Source of the DNA: an uncultured Candidatus Saccharibacteria bacterium
GTDB taxonomy: Bacteria; Patescibacteriota; Doudnabacteria; UBA920
Direction: 5' to 3'
Assembly: GCA_964490395.1 (NCBI GenBank)
Contig: CAZBAS010000005.1
Span: 17,167 to 81,166 of the forward strand
Length of the DNA: 64,000 bases
Below, one piece after another: positions 29,672 to 38,066 of the stretch. The notes beneath the pieces are model-generated. The model searched no databases and had not been told where the DNA came from. It saw only the letters and a program-made list of their open reading frames with translations. The first letter of the stretch is position 1, and every line of letters starts with the position of its first letter. A program made the position numbers and the translations under genes.

Positions 29672-30340
29672 ATGGTTATACTCCTTATTGAAGATGAACC
29701 TAAGCAGTCAGAATTTATTGCTACCGCGCTGGAACAGGCAGCCTATGTGGTGGATACTGCGTATGATGGAGAAGAGGCGCTTAAAAAAATTGAAGTACGT
29801 GACTACGACTTAATGATAGTAGATTTGCACCTACCAAAGGTTTCGGGTGAAGAGCTTATTGGCCGGATTCGTGAGCTCAAACTTGCCACGCCCATACTAG
29901 TGCTTACAGCAAACGACAACACCGACACCAAGGTGCTTACGCTTAACACGGGGGCCGATGATTACCTGACCAAGCCATTTGCACTAGACGAACTCCTTGC
30001 GCGCGTGCGCGCGCTCATGCGTCGTCCGGCAGCGGTGGTGCCGCATACGTTTGTGGCGGGGCAGCTAGAGCTGCGGTATGGTACCCACGAAATTAAGGCT
30101 GGAGAAAAAGTAGTGAAGCTCACTCGCAATGAGTTTAGGCTCCTCGACTTTCTTGTTCATAAACCAGACAGGGTCTGTACTCGGGCTATGATAGAAGAGC
30201 ATGTTTGGGGGTATAACACTACCAACGAAAGCAACGTTATAGAAGTGGTGGTATACAATTTGCGTAGAAAGCTTGGTCCGCAAATAAAGAAATATATTCA
30301 AACTGTACCGAACATTGGGTATCGTTTTAAGCCCGAATAG
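29672..30340 (+). CDS. OmpR/PhoB-family response regulator
   Basis: Receiver domain (DLMIVDLHLP with the phospho-acceptor Asp, K at TKPF) and a winged-helix C-terminal domain. Confidence 0.9.
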   Translation: MVILLIEDEPKQSEFIATALEQAAYVVDTAYDGEEALKKIEVRDYDLMIVDLHLPKVSGEELIGRIRELKLATPILVLTANDNTDTKVLTLNTGADDYLTKPFALDELLARVRALMRRPAAVVPHTFVAGQLELRYGTHEIKAGEKVVKLTRNEFRLLDFLVHKPDRVCTRAMIEEHVWGYNTTNESNVIEVVVYNLRRKLGPQIKKYIQTVPNIGYRFKPE

Positions 30341-31600
30341 TTGTATTCGCCCTTGTCGTATGCCACCTATAACAATATAGCGTTATACCATGCAGGGAAG
30401 GCATTGCCCTCTTGGTATACATGCTATATTGTTATATTGTTTTCTCGTCATAATAGTACCTCTATGGCTCGCGCGCTTTCGTCAAAAAAAACTGCATCCA
30501 CAAAAGCTGCCAAGCTTTTAAGTTCGCCTGAGCTGCGAGAGTTGCTGTTGGACCATTTTAATTTGTCTGGTTTGGTCATTGTAAGTCCTGACCGGCAAGT
30601 GATATATGCTAGTCCAAAAGCGTTGCAAGCGCTGGAGTTAAATACGAGTCAACTCGTGGGGAAAAATTTTGCAGAAGCAGTGCCTTTATTAGATAACCAC
30701 GGCGTCCTTATACCCGATGAAAAAAGGCCAAGCTATAAGGCGCTCACCGGAACTTCTGTGCAGGCCACTATGTTTTTTTGTCAGTATCGTCAGCCTGCAA
30801 CCGGTGAGTTGTTTCCGTTGGCAGTGCGGGCTGCTGCTATCCGCAAAGGAAAAAAAGTTTTGGGGGCAATAGTTGAACTGAGACGCACAGTAAAACAGCT
30901 GAATGTAGATGGCATGAAGTCTTTGTTTACTGGGTTTGCTGCTCACCAGCTCAAAACACCGAGCTCCATAGTAAAAGGCTTCTTGGAACTCATGATGCGC
31001 CAGGGCAGGCAGGCATATAAGCCCGAGCAGTGGCATTTTTTAAGTTCTGCCTTTGAGGCAAACGAGCGACTCATCCGGCTCTCTCAAACGCTGTTAAAAA
31101 TAACTCGGTTAGAGGGTGGTATGGTTGAGCTTGCCGTTACAAAAACGAACATTGCGCGGATCTTAGAAGACCGGGTGCTTGCCTATAAGCGTGCAGCTAA
31201 GGAGCGTCAGGTTACGGTAGACTTTTCTGCAGACGAAGCAGCTATGCAGGTTTCCACAGATCCTTCATTTGTTTCGGAGATTGTAGATGTGCTGGTAGAC
31301 AACGCGCTTAAGGTAATGCCCGTTGGAGGTAAGTTGTTGCTGGGTGTGCAAGTCCATGTAGGTAAATTAGAAATTTCAGTTACTGACCAAGGGCCGGGTT
31401 TGCCCGAAGAAATTCTGAATAAACTCCGTGGCCCCATAGCCCAGCACCAGCCAGGCTCTTCCACTGGTGGAAATGGACTGGGGCTGTATATGGCCAGAAA
31501 GTATGCAGCTATGCTTAGGGGTGATATTTGTGCAGAGAATGTAGACTCCGGGGGTGCACGGTTTACTTTGTCTGTCCCAGCGAGTGAGAGTGAGTTTTAA
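30341..31600 (+). CDS. Sensor histidine kinase (PAS, HisKA, HATPase_c)
   Basis: H-box FAAHQLKTPSS; N, G1 and G2 boxes (DQGPGLP, GNGLGLYMARKY); no clear TM. The track start is TTG at 30341, abutting the RR stop; the first ATG is at 30464 (MARALSS). Confidence 0.8.
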   Translation: MYSPLSYATYNNIALYHAGKALPSWYTCYIVILFSRHNSTSMARALSSKKTASTKAAKLLSSPELRELLLDHFNLSGLVIVSPDRQVIYASPKALQALELNTSQLVGKNFAEAVPLLDNHGVLIPDEKRPSYKALTGTSVQATMFFCQYRQPATGELFPLAVRAAAIRKGKKVLGAIVELRRTVKQLNVDGMKSLFTGFAAHQLKTPSSIVKGFLELMMRQGRQAYKPEQWHFLSSAFEANERLIRLSQTLLKITRLEGGMVELAVTKTNIARILEDRVLAYKRAAKERQVTVDFSADEAAMQVSTDPSFVSEIVDVLVDNALKVMPVGGKLLLGVQVHVGKLEISVTDQGPGLPEEILNKLRGPIAQHQPGSSTGGNGLGLYMARKYAAMLRGDICAENVDSGGARFTLSVPASESEF

Positions 31601-31603
31601 GAA

Positions 31604-31742
31604 GCATGCGAGCATGTAAACATATAAACATATAAGCATGTAAACAAAATACGACTGCCACTGGCAGTCGTATTTGTATTTTTGCTTATATGTTCTTTTG
31701 TTTACATGTTTGCATGCTTACATGTGTTTGTATGCTTGCATG
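31604..31742. terminator. Long imperfect palindrome with a central hairpin after the histidine kinase
   Basis: Central perfect hairpin aaatacgactgcc-act-ggcagtcgtattt (31647-31675), flanked by inverted catgtaaaca/tgtttacatg repeats. Confidence 0.5.
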
Positions 31743-31982
31743 GCCAACGCAGTCGTTGGGGTTTCCACTGGGACGTTTGGCCGTGGAGTCGTCATGGGCA
31801 TGTCGGGTGGTGTGGGGTCGGTTGGGGGAGCTGGGTTCGGCATAGGGACTTCAAGGGGTGGTGTAGTGGTATCTAGTGTCATAGTATGATGTTTAATACA
31901 ATGCCACTACACTATACAAATATAGCCTGAAGGAAACATGAACGCGCGATTTCTCTTCCAGACAGCTTCAGTCATAAATGCG

Positions 31983-32540
31983 CTAAGCTGGAATGGCGGC
32001 AAATTGTTGTACTTTGGCTACAATGGACGCGCCATTAATTTCCGAAAAACTAGAGGTGTTGAGTTGCATAAGGCCGCCAATGGTGAGCGGGGTGTACTGG
32101 GCTACGTACGCATGCAAGCCTTCGGCATCCATGGGTATGGCGTGGTGTCCGGGGTGGCGTTCTTTATGGGCTATGCGCGCGTTAAATCTTTCCAGCAAAA
32201 TAGCCGAGTCTGCATGGCAAAAAATTTCTATAAAGTGCGCGTTGTAGGTGGCAGCTAACTTTTGCATGCGCAGCCTATCGGTTTCTGGTTTGAAGTTTGC
32301 TTCAAGCACAAACGAATTTTTGCTTTGGAGTTCGGTTTCAAGTATATGCTAGAGAATTTTCATGCTTGCAACGCCCAACTTTTTTGACCACTCAGCATCG
32401 CTCCAGCCAAGAGTATCGAACAGGCTTTCCTTTATCTCATCTTTGTAAAAAAACGGGAGAGAAAGTTCTTTGGACAACAACTTGCCAATGGTAGTTTTAC
32501 CTGCCCCAGGTGGGCCAGAAATAATAATTTGGAAGTTCAT
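31983..32540 (-). pseudogene. Frameshifted P-loop kinase / AAA-like ATPase gene
   Basis: The 32349-32540 ORF encodes a Walker A N-terminus (IIISGPPGAGKTTIGK) and stops after 63 aa. The 31983-32309 ORF, in a different frame (offset 40 nt), continues with a C-terminal region (RHPGHH); together they make about 175 aa. Confidence 0.45.
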
Positions 32541-32962
32541 AGGTTCTCTTAGTATGAGCCTCTAGAGCGCCAAAAGTCAATGTTTATAACTACTTTGGAA
32601 GCAATTGGACAGCTGACACCATTTATGATATAATAAAAATAAGTTACATTCTTCATGCATTGGCCTGTCCAATCTAGGACAGCTTTTTTAATAGCCAATG
32701 TTTACTCTTGGATTCCCAAGGGTTCCAGCAGAAGATATCCTTACCTTACTTTTTTGAGGAAGGAAGACGGTAAAATAGCCGCTCTCAGTTTGAGAAACGT
32801 ACATCATAAGCGATGTGCGTGCGGTATGTATAGTGCAGCCCCTGCGTGGGCCGTACGTATATTTTTTCTTGCCGTCATGCTTAGGCCCTTCATGGGCTGC
32901 GCTTTTACAAGTATATGTGTAAGCGCACTACTTCGCAGAATGAGGCTTGAAAGAATATAGAT

Positions 32963-34402
32963 ATGAATAAGACAACAAGTGCGGCCGAGGTAAACCTTGA
33001 GTCGCCGGCTACGTTTGAAGGACTGGGGATACACGAAAAGTTTTTGGTTATGTTGAACAGGGCTGGCTATACAGTGCCAACACCTATTCAGCAGCAATCC
33101 ATCCCTATTAGTTTGAAAGGGGAAGATGTTCTCGGTATTGCGCAAACAGGTACTGGTAAAACCCTGGCTTTTGGCGTGCCAATGATTCAGCGCCTTGTCC
33201 AAGAAAAAGGTATGGGTTTGGTAGTACTGCCAACTCGAGAACTTGCAGTACAGGTAGAAAGTTCACTGCACCGCATAGGCAAAGAAATTGGTCTTCGCAC
33301 TGCGCTGCTTATAGGTGGTGAACCAATGGGTAAGCAAATGAGAGCGCTTCGCAGTAATCCGTACATTATTATAGCCACTCCTGGTCGTCTCATAGACCAC
33401 TTGGAACAAAAAACCATCAGCCTAGATACAGTAAAGGTACTCGTGCTGGATGAAGCCGATCGCATGCTCGACATGGGATTTGCACCACAGCTCAAGCGCA
33501 TACTTCAGTCTGTGCCTGCTGAGCGACAAACCATGCTCTTCTCTGCAACCATGCCCGATGAGATTGTAAAAATAGCTGCAGGGTACATGAAACTTCCGGT
33601 GCGGGTAGAAGTTGCTCGTGCTGGCACTGCCTCTAAAAACATTACCCAGGAAGTAGTGTTTGTGCACAAGGCAGATAAACTTGCAGTACTGAAACAGCTT
33701 CTTTCTGAAGAAGCTGGTAACATTTTGGTATTTAGCCGAACCAAGTTTGGCGCAAAGAAAATTGCCAGCAGCGTTCGCGATTGGGGTTTTTCTTCTACCG
33801 AACTTCACTCCAACCGTACGCTCAATCAGCGCCTTTCTTCTTTGCAGGGTTTTAAAACTGGTAAGTATAAAGTGTTGGTGGCAACCGATATTGCTGCTCG
33901 CGGTATAGATGTGACTGGTATAGCACTGGTAGTAAATTTTGACTTGCCTATGCAAGCAGAAGATTACGTGCACCGCATTGGTCGTACTGGCCGTGCTGGT
34001 TTGTCTGGTAAAGCTATTTCGTTTGCTGCTCCAGAACAGCGCCGCGATGTGCGAGACATAGAACGTCTCATTGGCCAAATGTTGCCCGTAAAGCAACTTG
34101 GCAAAATAGAACGCTTGGCTCCTACTCCACGCTCTGCTGAACAGCGAGAAGAGCGACCTCGCACGTTTGCGCCTCGTACTCCTCGCGCTGAAAATCCGTT
34201 TTCAACCAAACCTCGTGCTGGTTTTGGCGGTCGTTCTCACAGTGGCAAGTCAAGCGCTGGTCGCAGCCGTTCCAGTTTTGGTGGCGGCGCTGAGCGCAGC
34301 AGTGCACGGCCATCGTTTGGTCGCAAACCTTCCTTCCGTGGCGGCATGCAAGAACGTCCACTGCCATCGGGTAGCAGACGTTCTGGTCGCGGTCGCTCCT
34401 AG
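32963..34402 (+). CDS. DEAD-box ATP-dependent RNA helicase with an RG/S-rich C-terminal tail
   Basis: Q-motif; AQTGTGKT, PTRELA, DEAD, SAT and HRIGRTGRAG motifs. Confidence 0.9.
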   Translation: MNKTTSAAEVNLESPATFEGLGIHEKFLVMLNRAGYTVPTPIQQQSIPISLKGEDVLGIAQTGTGKTLAFGVPMIQRLVQEKGMGLVVLPTRELAVQVESSLHRIGKEIGLRTALLIGGEPMGKQMRALRSNPYIIIATPGRLIDHLEQKTISLDTVKVLVLDEADRMLDMGFAPQLKRILQSVPAERQTMLFSATMPDEIVKIAAGYMKLPVRVEVARAGTASKNITQEVVFVHKADKLAVLKQLLSEEAGNILVFSRTKFGAKKIASSVRDWGFSSTELHSNRTLNQRLSSLQGFKTGKYKVLVATDIAARGIDVTGIALVVNFDLPMQAEDYVHRIGRTGRAGLSGKAISFAAPEQRRDVRDIERLIGQMLPVKQLGKIERLAPTPRSAEQREERPRTFAPRTPRAENPFSTKPRAGFGGRSHSGKSSAGRSRSSFGGGAERSSARPSFGRKPSFRGGMQERPLPSGSRRSGRGRS

Positions 34403-34423
34403 GCATAACGTATATACCAAAAA

Positions 34424-34450
34424 AGGCACAGGTGTGCCTTTTTTGTTTTC
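34424..34450 (+). terminator. Rho-independent terminator after the helicase gene
   Basis: aaaaaaggcacaggtgtgccttttttg. Confidence 0.55.
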
Positions 34451-34534
34451 ATATTATCTTCACCAGCCCACCGTATACTAGTAGTACTGCTAGTTCTAGA
34501 GTACTGGCAGCGATCCTTAAATGAAAGGACGGAT

Positions 34535-34636
34535 ATGGCAAATGCTACCACTCCAAACAAGAGCGCGAAAAAGCAATCCGCAAATAAAAAAGAAGGCGAA
34601 GGTTTTGAATTACTTGAAGATATATTCGACTTCTAA
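34535..34636 (+). CDS. Tiny acidic ORF 1 (33 aa)
   Basis: MANATTPNKSAKKQSANKKEGEGFELLEDIFDF; upstream gaaagga SD; first of three tandem small ORFs with a conserved upstream tta..gaaagga..tatATGGC context. Confidence 0.35.
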   Translation: MANATTPNKSAKKQSANKKEGEGFELLEDIFDF

Positions 34637-34672
34637 ATTCCGCCCGGAACATTAATTGTGAAAGGAATATAT

Positions 34673-34774
34673 ATGGCAGATACTAACGACGATCCTGTAG
34701 AAGATATAATCAATCCTAAAAAAGAAAATACTGGTACCGGCATTGGGGTTATAGATGACCTAAACAAAGCATAG
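34673..34774 (+). CDS. Tiny acidic ORF 2 (33 aa)
   Basis: MADTNDDPVEDIINPKKENTGTGIGVIDDLNKA; same upstream context as ORF 1. Confidence 0.35.
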   Translation: MADTNDDPVEDIINPKKENTGTGIGVIDDLNKA

Positions 34775-34832
34775 CCAGTTAGCCCACTTTACCAGCGATG
34801 GTTAACAGTACTATTAACACGAAAGGAACTAT

Positions 34833-34967
34833 ATGGCTGCAGATGACGACATAGCATCCGCACAAGCGGATGAAGAGGCTGCTCAAAGCGCTTTGGATGA
34901 TGCCAAAGAAGCAGAAGCAAGCGCCCATGAAAGAAAGGCCGCAGAGGTACGCGATAGTGAATCGTAA
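34833..34967 (+). CDS. Tiny acidic ORF 3 (44 aa)
   Basis: MAADDDIASAQADEEAAQSALDDAKEAEASAHERKAAEVRDSES; same upstream context as ORF 1. Confidence 0.35.
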   Translation: MAADDDIASAQADEEAAQSALDDAKEAEASAHERKAAEVRDSES

Positions 34968-35082
34968 GGACGTATTGATACTATATATAACACCGCCTAT
35001 TCAAGCGCAATAGGCGGTGTTGCGTTATTTCCCGATATTTTGCTATAATTGGACAGCCAGTTTTGGCAGCAAAATTGTATAT

Positions 35083-35157
35083 TCGGGAGTAGCTCAGCGG
35101 TAGAGCGGCACGCTGTTAACGTGATGGTCCTGGGTTCGATCCCCAGCTCCCGAGCCA
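35083..35157 (+). tRNA. tRNA-Asn (anticodon GTT), CCA encoded
   Basis: Acceptor tcgggag/ctcccga; D-arm gctcagcggtagagc; anticodon loop ctGTTaa; T-arm ctggg-ttcgatc-cccag; discriminator g, then cca. Confidence 0.85.
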
Positions 35158-35470
35158 ACAAAAAAGTAGTACTTTAGTACTACTTTTTTGTTGGCTCGAT
35201 GAGGAGTGCAGGGATCGAAGGGAACGGTCCCGTACCGCAGGGAATTTCATGCGAATACTTGCAGCATGAAATAGTGGCGGGGTCGCGTTAGGTGAGAACT
35301 GAAACGACCTTAAGGAGTTGAAGTTCCACCGTGGGTGACCAATCCCCAGCTCCCGAGCCAACAAAAATACGTCACCTTTTGGTGGCGTTTTTTTCTTGGC
35401 TCATGGAGGAGCGCAGGGATTGAAGGGAACGGTCCCGTACCACGGGAATTTCATGCGAACACTTAGGGCT
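35150..35470 (+). repeat. Direct repeats of the tRNA-Asn 3' end, long hairpins and a duplicated ~65-nt segment
   Basis: atccccagctcccgagccaacaaaaa recurs at about 35339-35364. Each copy is followed by a long hairpin whose stem includes cgagccaac (gagccaacaaaaaagtagtac-ttt-gtactacttttttgttggctc). The segment ttggctcgatgaggagtgcagggatcgaagggaacggtcccgtacc... is repeated imperfectly at about 35396. Confidence 0.45.
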
Positions 35471-35655
35471 CCCACACTACTTGGGCCTTTAGGTTAAGTA
35501 GGGTGGGAAGAGGAGTAATCCTGAAAGGAATAAGAGTAAGTCTTTCTAAAGTTTACTTACATGACTGCAAGGCATTGCGACGAATTCCAGAATTATAGAA
35601 ACTCGATTCGGCTTTTCTTAACTTCCTTTTTGAACTTAGGAACTTTACGTTCATG

Positions 35656-35685
35656 TTGACAAAAGTACATATTAGTGCTTAAATA
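35656..35685 (+). promoter_or_regulatory. Sigma-70-like promoter upstream of the MAT gene
   Basis: TTGACA, a 17-nt spacer, then TTAAAT. Confidence 0.4.
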
Positions 35686-35709
35686 TATAAGCTGATTTTG
35701 CAGCAAAAC

Positions 35710-35742
35710 AAAAAGAGTTCGCCCGAACTCTTTTATTTTTTG
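35710..35742 (+). terminator. Stem-loop with a T-run inside the MAT leader (possible attenuator)
   Basis: aaaagagttcgcccgaactctttt followed by attttttg, between the predicted promoter and the SD/ATG at 35771. Confidence 0.45.
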
Positions 35743-35770
35743 TTCTTCGACAATCCACAGAGGAGGCGCG

Positions 35771-36997
35771 ATGAATTTCGGTTTTGTAAGTCAACATGGT
35801 CTTGGAAGTTTGCAGCAAGAAGTTATTGAGCGTAAAGGAATTGGGCATCCGGACACCCTAACTGACGCGTTAGCTGAACGTATGTCGGCTCACTACGCCC
35901 AGTACACATTGAAGCATTACGGAGTTATTTTGCACCATAATTTTGACAAGTTACACATACTTGGCGGTGCAACAGAGCTAGATTTTGGCGGTGGTAGGCT
36001 GATACGCCCCATCAGAGTTATTATAAACGGTAGAGCGTCTGCAAGCTTCGCCGGTGAACAACTGCCTGTCCAGTACATTCTGGGCGATGCAGCACGGTCA
36101 TTCTTTCAGGAGCGTTTTCCTGGATTGATTGACCCGGCTCGCGACCTTGAATTTCACTGGCTGGTCAGTACTTCCAGTAGCCCAGGCAGAACTAAGCGGA
36201 CTACTGGGGCGAGAGCATACATGTTTAATCCTCGGACAGTCGCCGAAGTGAAAGGTTACGACGGTCCCTTGGTCAACAACGATACTTCCATGGGGTGCGG
36301 CTACGCGCCGTATTCTATTCTGGAAGCAGCGGTGTTGGGTCTGGAGAGGGATTTGAACAGCAGTGTCCGGAAGGATGAATTCCCATGGCTTGGTACCGAC
36401 ATTAAAGTCATGGCCGTGCGGCAAGATGATCTCATTTCCATTACGGTGTGCTTGCCGCAAATAGCAAGTAAAGTGGCAAGTGAACGCGCGTACCAAGAAA
36501 ATTTGGCTACGTTGGACCGGCATATCAGGAGACAGCTTGCCCGGCTACTTCAAGGCGCGCCGTTCGAACTGGGGTATAACACCCGCGACAACAGGCGTAC
36601 AGGCGATTACTATCTTACTGTCACAGGCACTGCCCTTGAGTCTGGCGATGAAGGAGTAGTGGGTCGCGGTAATCGCATCAACGGTCTTATTACACCATTC
36701 CGACCGATGAACTTGGAAGGGGTGTGTGGTAAGAATCCACTCTACCATACGGGAAAGTTATATAACATAGTGGCGCAGCGAATCGCTGAGCGTATTCACC
36801 GCGAAACTGGCGCGTACTGCGAAGCGTACTTAGTGGGCCAAAGTGGACAAGCGTTGCTTGACCCGTGGTCTGCAACTATACGCAGCGCAGATACTAACTT
36901 GGATGCAGCAACTGCCCAAGCGTGGGCAGTTGAAGAAATACAACAAATTCCTGCTATAACCCAAGCGTTGGTGAAGCAGGAATTGACGTTATGGTAA
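35771..36997 (+). CDS. Archaeal-type S-adenosylmethionine synthetase (methionine adenosyltransferase, MAT)
   Basis: ERKGIGHPD, ILHHNFD, NNDTSMGCGYAP, DIKVM and YYLTVTGTALESGDEGVVGRGNRINGLITPFRPMNLEGVCGKNP...HTGKLYN are collinear with the archaeal MAT family; SD gaggagg upstream. Confidence 0.85.
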   Translation: MNFGFVSQHGLGSLQQEVIERKGIGHPDTLTDALAERMSAHYAQYTLKHYGVILHHNFDKLHILGGATELDFGGGRLIRPIRVIINGRASASFAGEQLPVQYILGDAARSFFQERFPGLIDPARDLEFHWLVSTSSSPGRTKRTTGARAYMFNPRTVAEVKGYDGPLVNNDTSMGCGYAPYSILEAAVLGLERDLNSSVRKDEFPWLGTDIKVMAVRQDDLISITVCLPQIASKVASERAYQENLATLDRHIRRQLARLLQGAPFELGYNTRDNRRTGDYYLTVTGTALESGDEGVVGRGNRINGLITPFRPMNLEGVCGKNPLYHTGKLYNIVAQRIAERIHRETGAYCEAYLVGQSGQALLDPWSATIRSADTNLDAATAQAWAVEEIQQIPAITQALVKQELTLW

Positions 36998-37010
36998 GAA
37001 AGGGAAAACC

Positions 37011-38057
37011 ATGCGCAAAGAACCACAAGACTACTCGCAGGCGCGAGATAGTTTCCTTTTGGAGAGGGGTTGGGCGTGTGCAGTCTGCCCCCGTTGCCAA
37101 AAACCATTTTTTACCAAACAGCGTTATCCATTGAATACGTGTGGCTCATACCGGTGCGAAGGTGGATATGTATTTTTGCAACGCCCCGCACCCAAGATAA
37201 AATTGACTGCCGCAGCGGCGGTAGATCATTTTTGTTTTACGGAGTTTGTTCGTGCGCCGACCATAGATTTGGTTCGGCGTGGCGAGCGGACTTTGTTTGC
37301 AAGCGCAGCTGGTCAAGTTCATGATGCTTGTATCTATGGCGGCGATATTACTATCGCTCCGCAGTGTTCGGTACTGCAGCCGGTTGTAAGGCTACAGTGT
37401 CTGCATGCAATAGATGAGCAAGATGGATTCTCCAGTAGTTTTCTCAACGCAGGGTTGGCTTGGTGGCAAGCGAGTCCTGAGCAGCACTTTCAAGCGTTCG
37501 ACAAGTTGCTCCAGTACTTGTCCCTACACGGAATATGTGTTGGGCACTTGGCGTTGAAACTCGACAGCGCAGAGAATGTGTGGGGCGACCTGCACGTACC
37601 CACGGACAGTCTAAAAATGAATTATGGTGGACTCGAAATTGGCATAGCCAACTTCTTTAACCATATTCAAACACCAAATGGCGAATCAAGCTTTAGCGAC
37701 ATTAGTCTTGGCGTGGAGAGGTTTGTATGGGCTGCGAATAAAAACGGCTCGTACTTTGACGACCTCGCTCCGGTCCAGTATGCTTCTGAGGTAAAAAGAA
37801 GCGTGCTAGACGCGGTACGCACGGCCACTTTGCTTATGGCTTCCGGGCTTACTCCTGGGAGCGTCCATCACGGGCAAAAGCTCCGCCTCATTCTGGGTCA
37901 GCTTCGCGACATTGGGTTCTGCCTTGACTGGTTTGGACTTGTCCGGTACTTCCACCAATTTTGGCGGCAGTTTATCGAACTGAGCCGGACAGAGGTGGAA
38001 TGTTATGAAGTATTAGAGCAAGAGCTAATGCACTTGCGCAATACCAGGCCTAACTAA
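37011..38057 (+). CDS. Hypothetical protein with an N-terminal Cys4 zinc ribbon
   Basis: CAVCPRC...CGSYRC; 348 aa; starts 14 nt after the MAT stop, so operonic. Confidence 0.55.
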   Translation: MRKEPQDYSQARDSFLLERGWACAVCPRCQKPFFTKQRYPLNTCGSYRCEGGYVFLQRPAPKIKLTAAAAVDHFCFTEFVRAPTIDLVRRGERTLFASAAGQVHDACIYGGDITIAPQCSVLQPVVRLQCLHAIDEQDGFSSSFLNAGLAWWQASPEQHFQAFDKLLQYLSLHGICVGHLALKLDSAENVWGDLHVPTDSLKMNYGGLEIGIANFFNHIQTPNGESSFSDISLGVERFVWAANKNGSYFDDLAPVQYASEVKRSVLDAVRTATLLMASGLTPGSVHHGQKLRLILGQLRDIGFCLDWFGLVRYFHQFWRQFIELSRTEVECYEVLEQELMHLRNTRPN

Positions 38058-38066
38058 TTCCATTCC

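Noticed and set aside
30390-30521. 43-aa hydrophobic ORF (MQGRHCPLGIHAILLYCFLVIIVPLWLARF...) in the RR-HK junction
   Set aside because: It overlaps the HK N-terminal reading frame in another phase, has no SD, and is more likely an out-of-frame artefact; it only matters for which HK start is used.
31938-32258. 106-aa + ORF opposite the kinase pseudogene
   Set aside because: It is antisense to a frame with clear P-loop kinase homology; its own translation has no recognisable features.
35195-35365. tmRNA (ssrA) call for the tRNA-like element after tRNA-Asn
   Set aside because: Too short for a standard tmRNA; no 5' acceptor strand complementary to ctcccga; no plausible tag ORF with a resume codon; the apparent ILAA* codons sit inside a hairpin. 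I kept it only as one hypothesis in the repeat finding.
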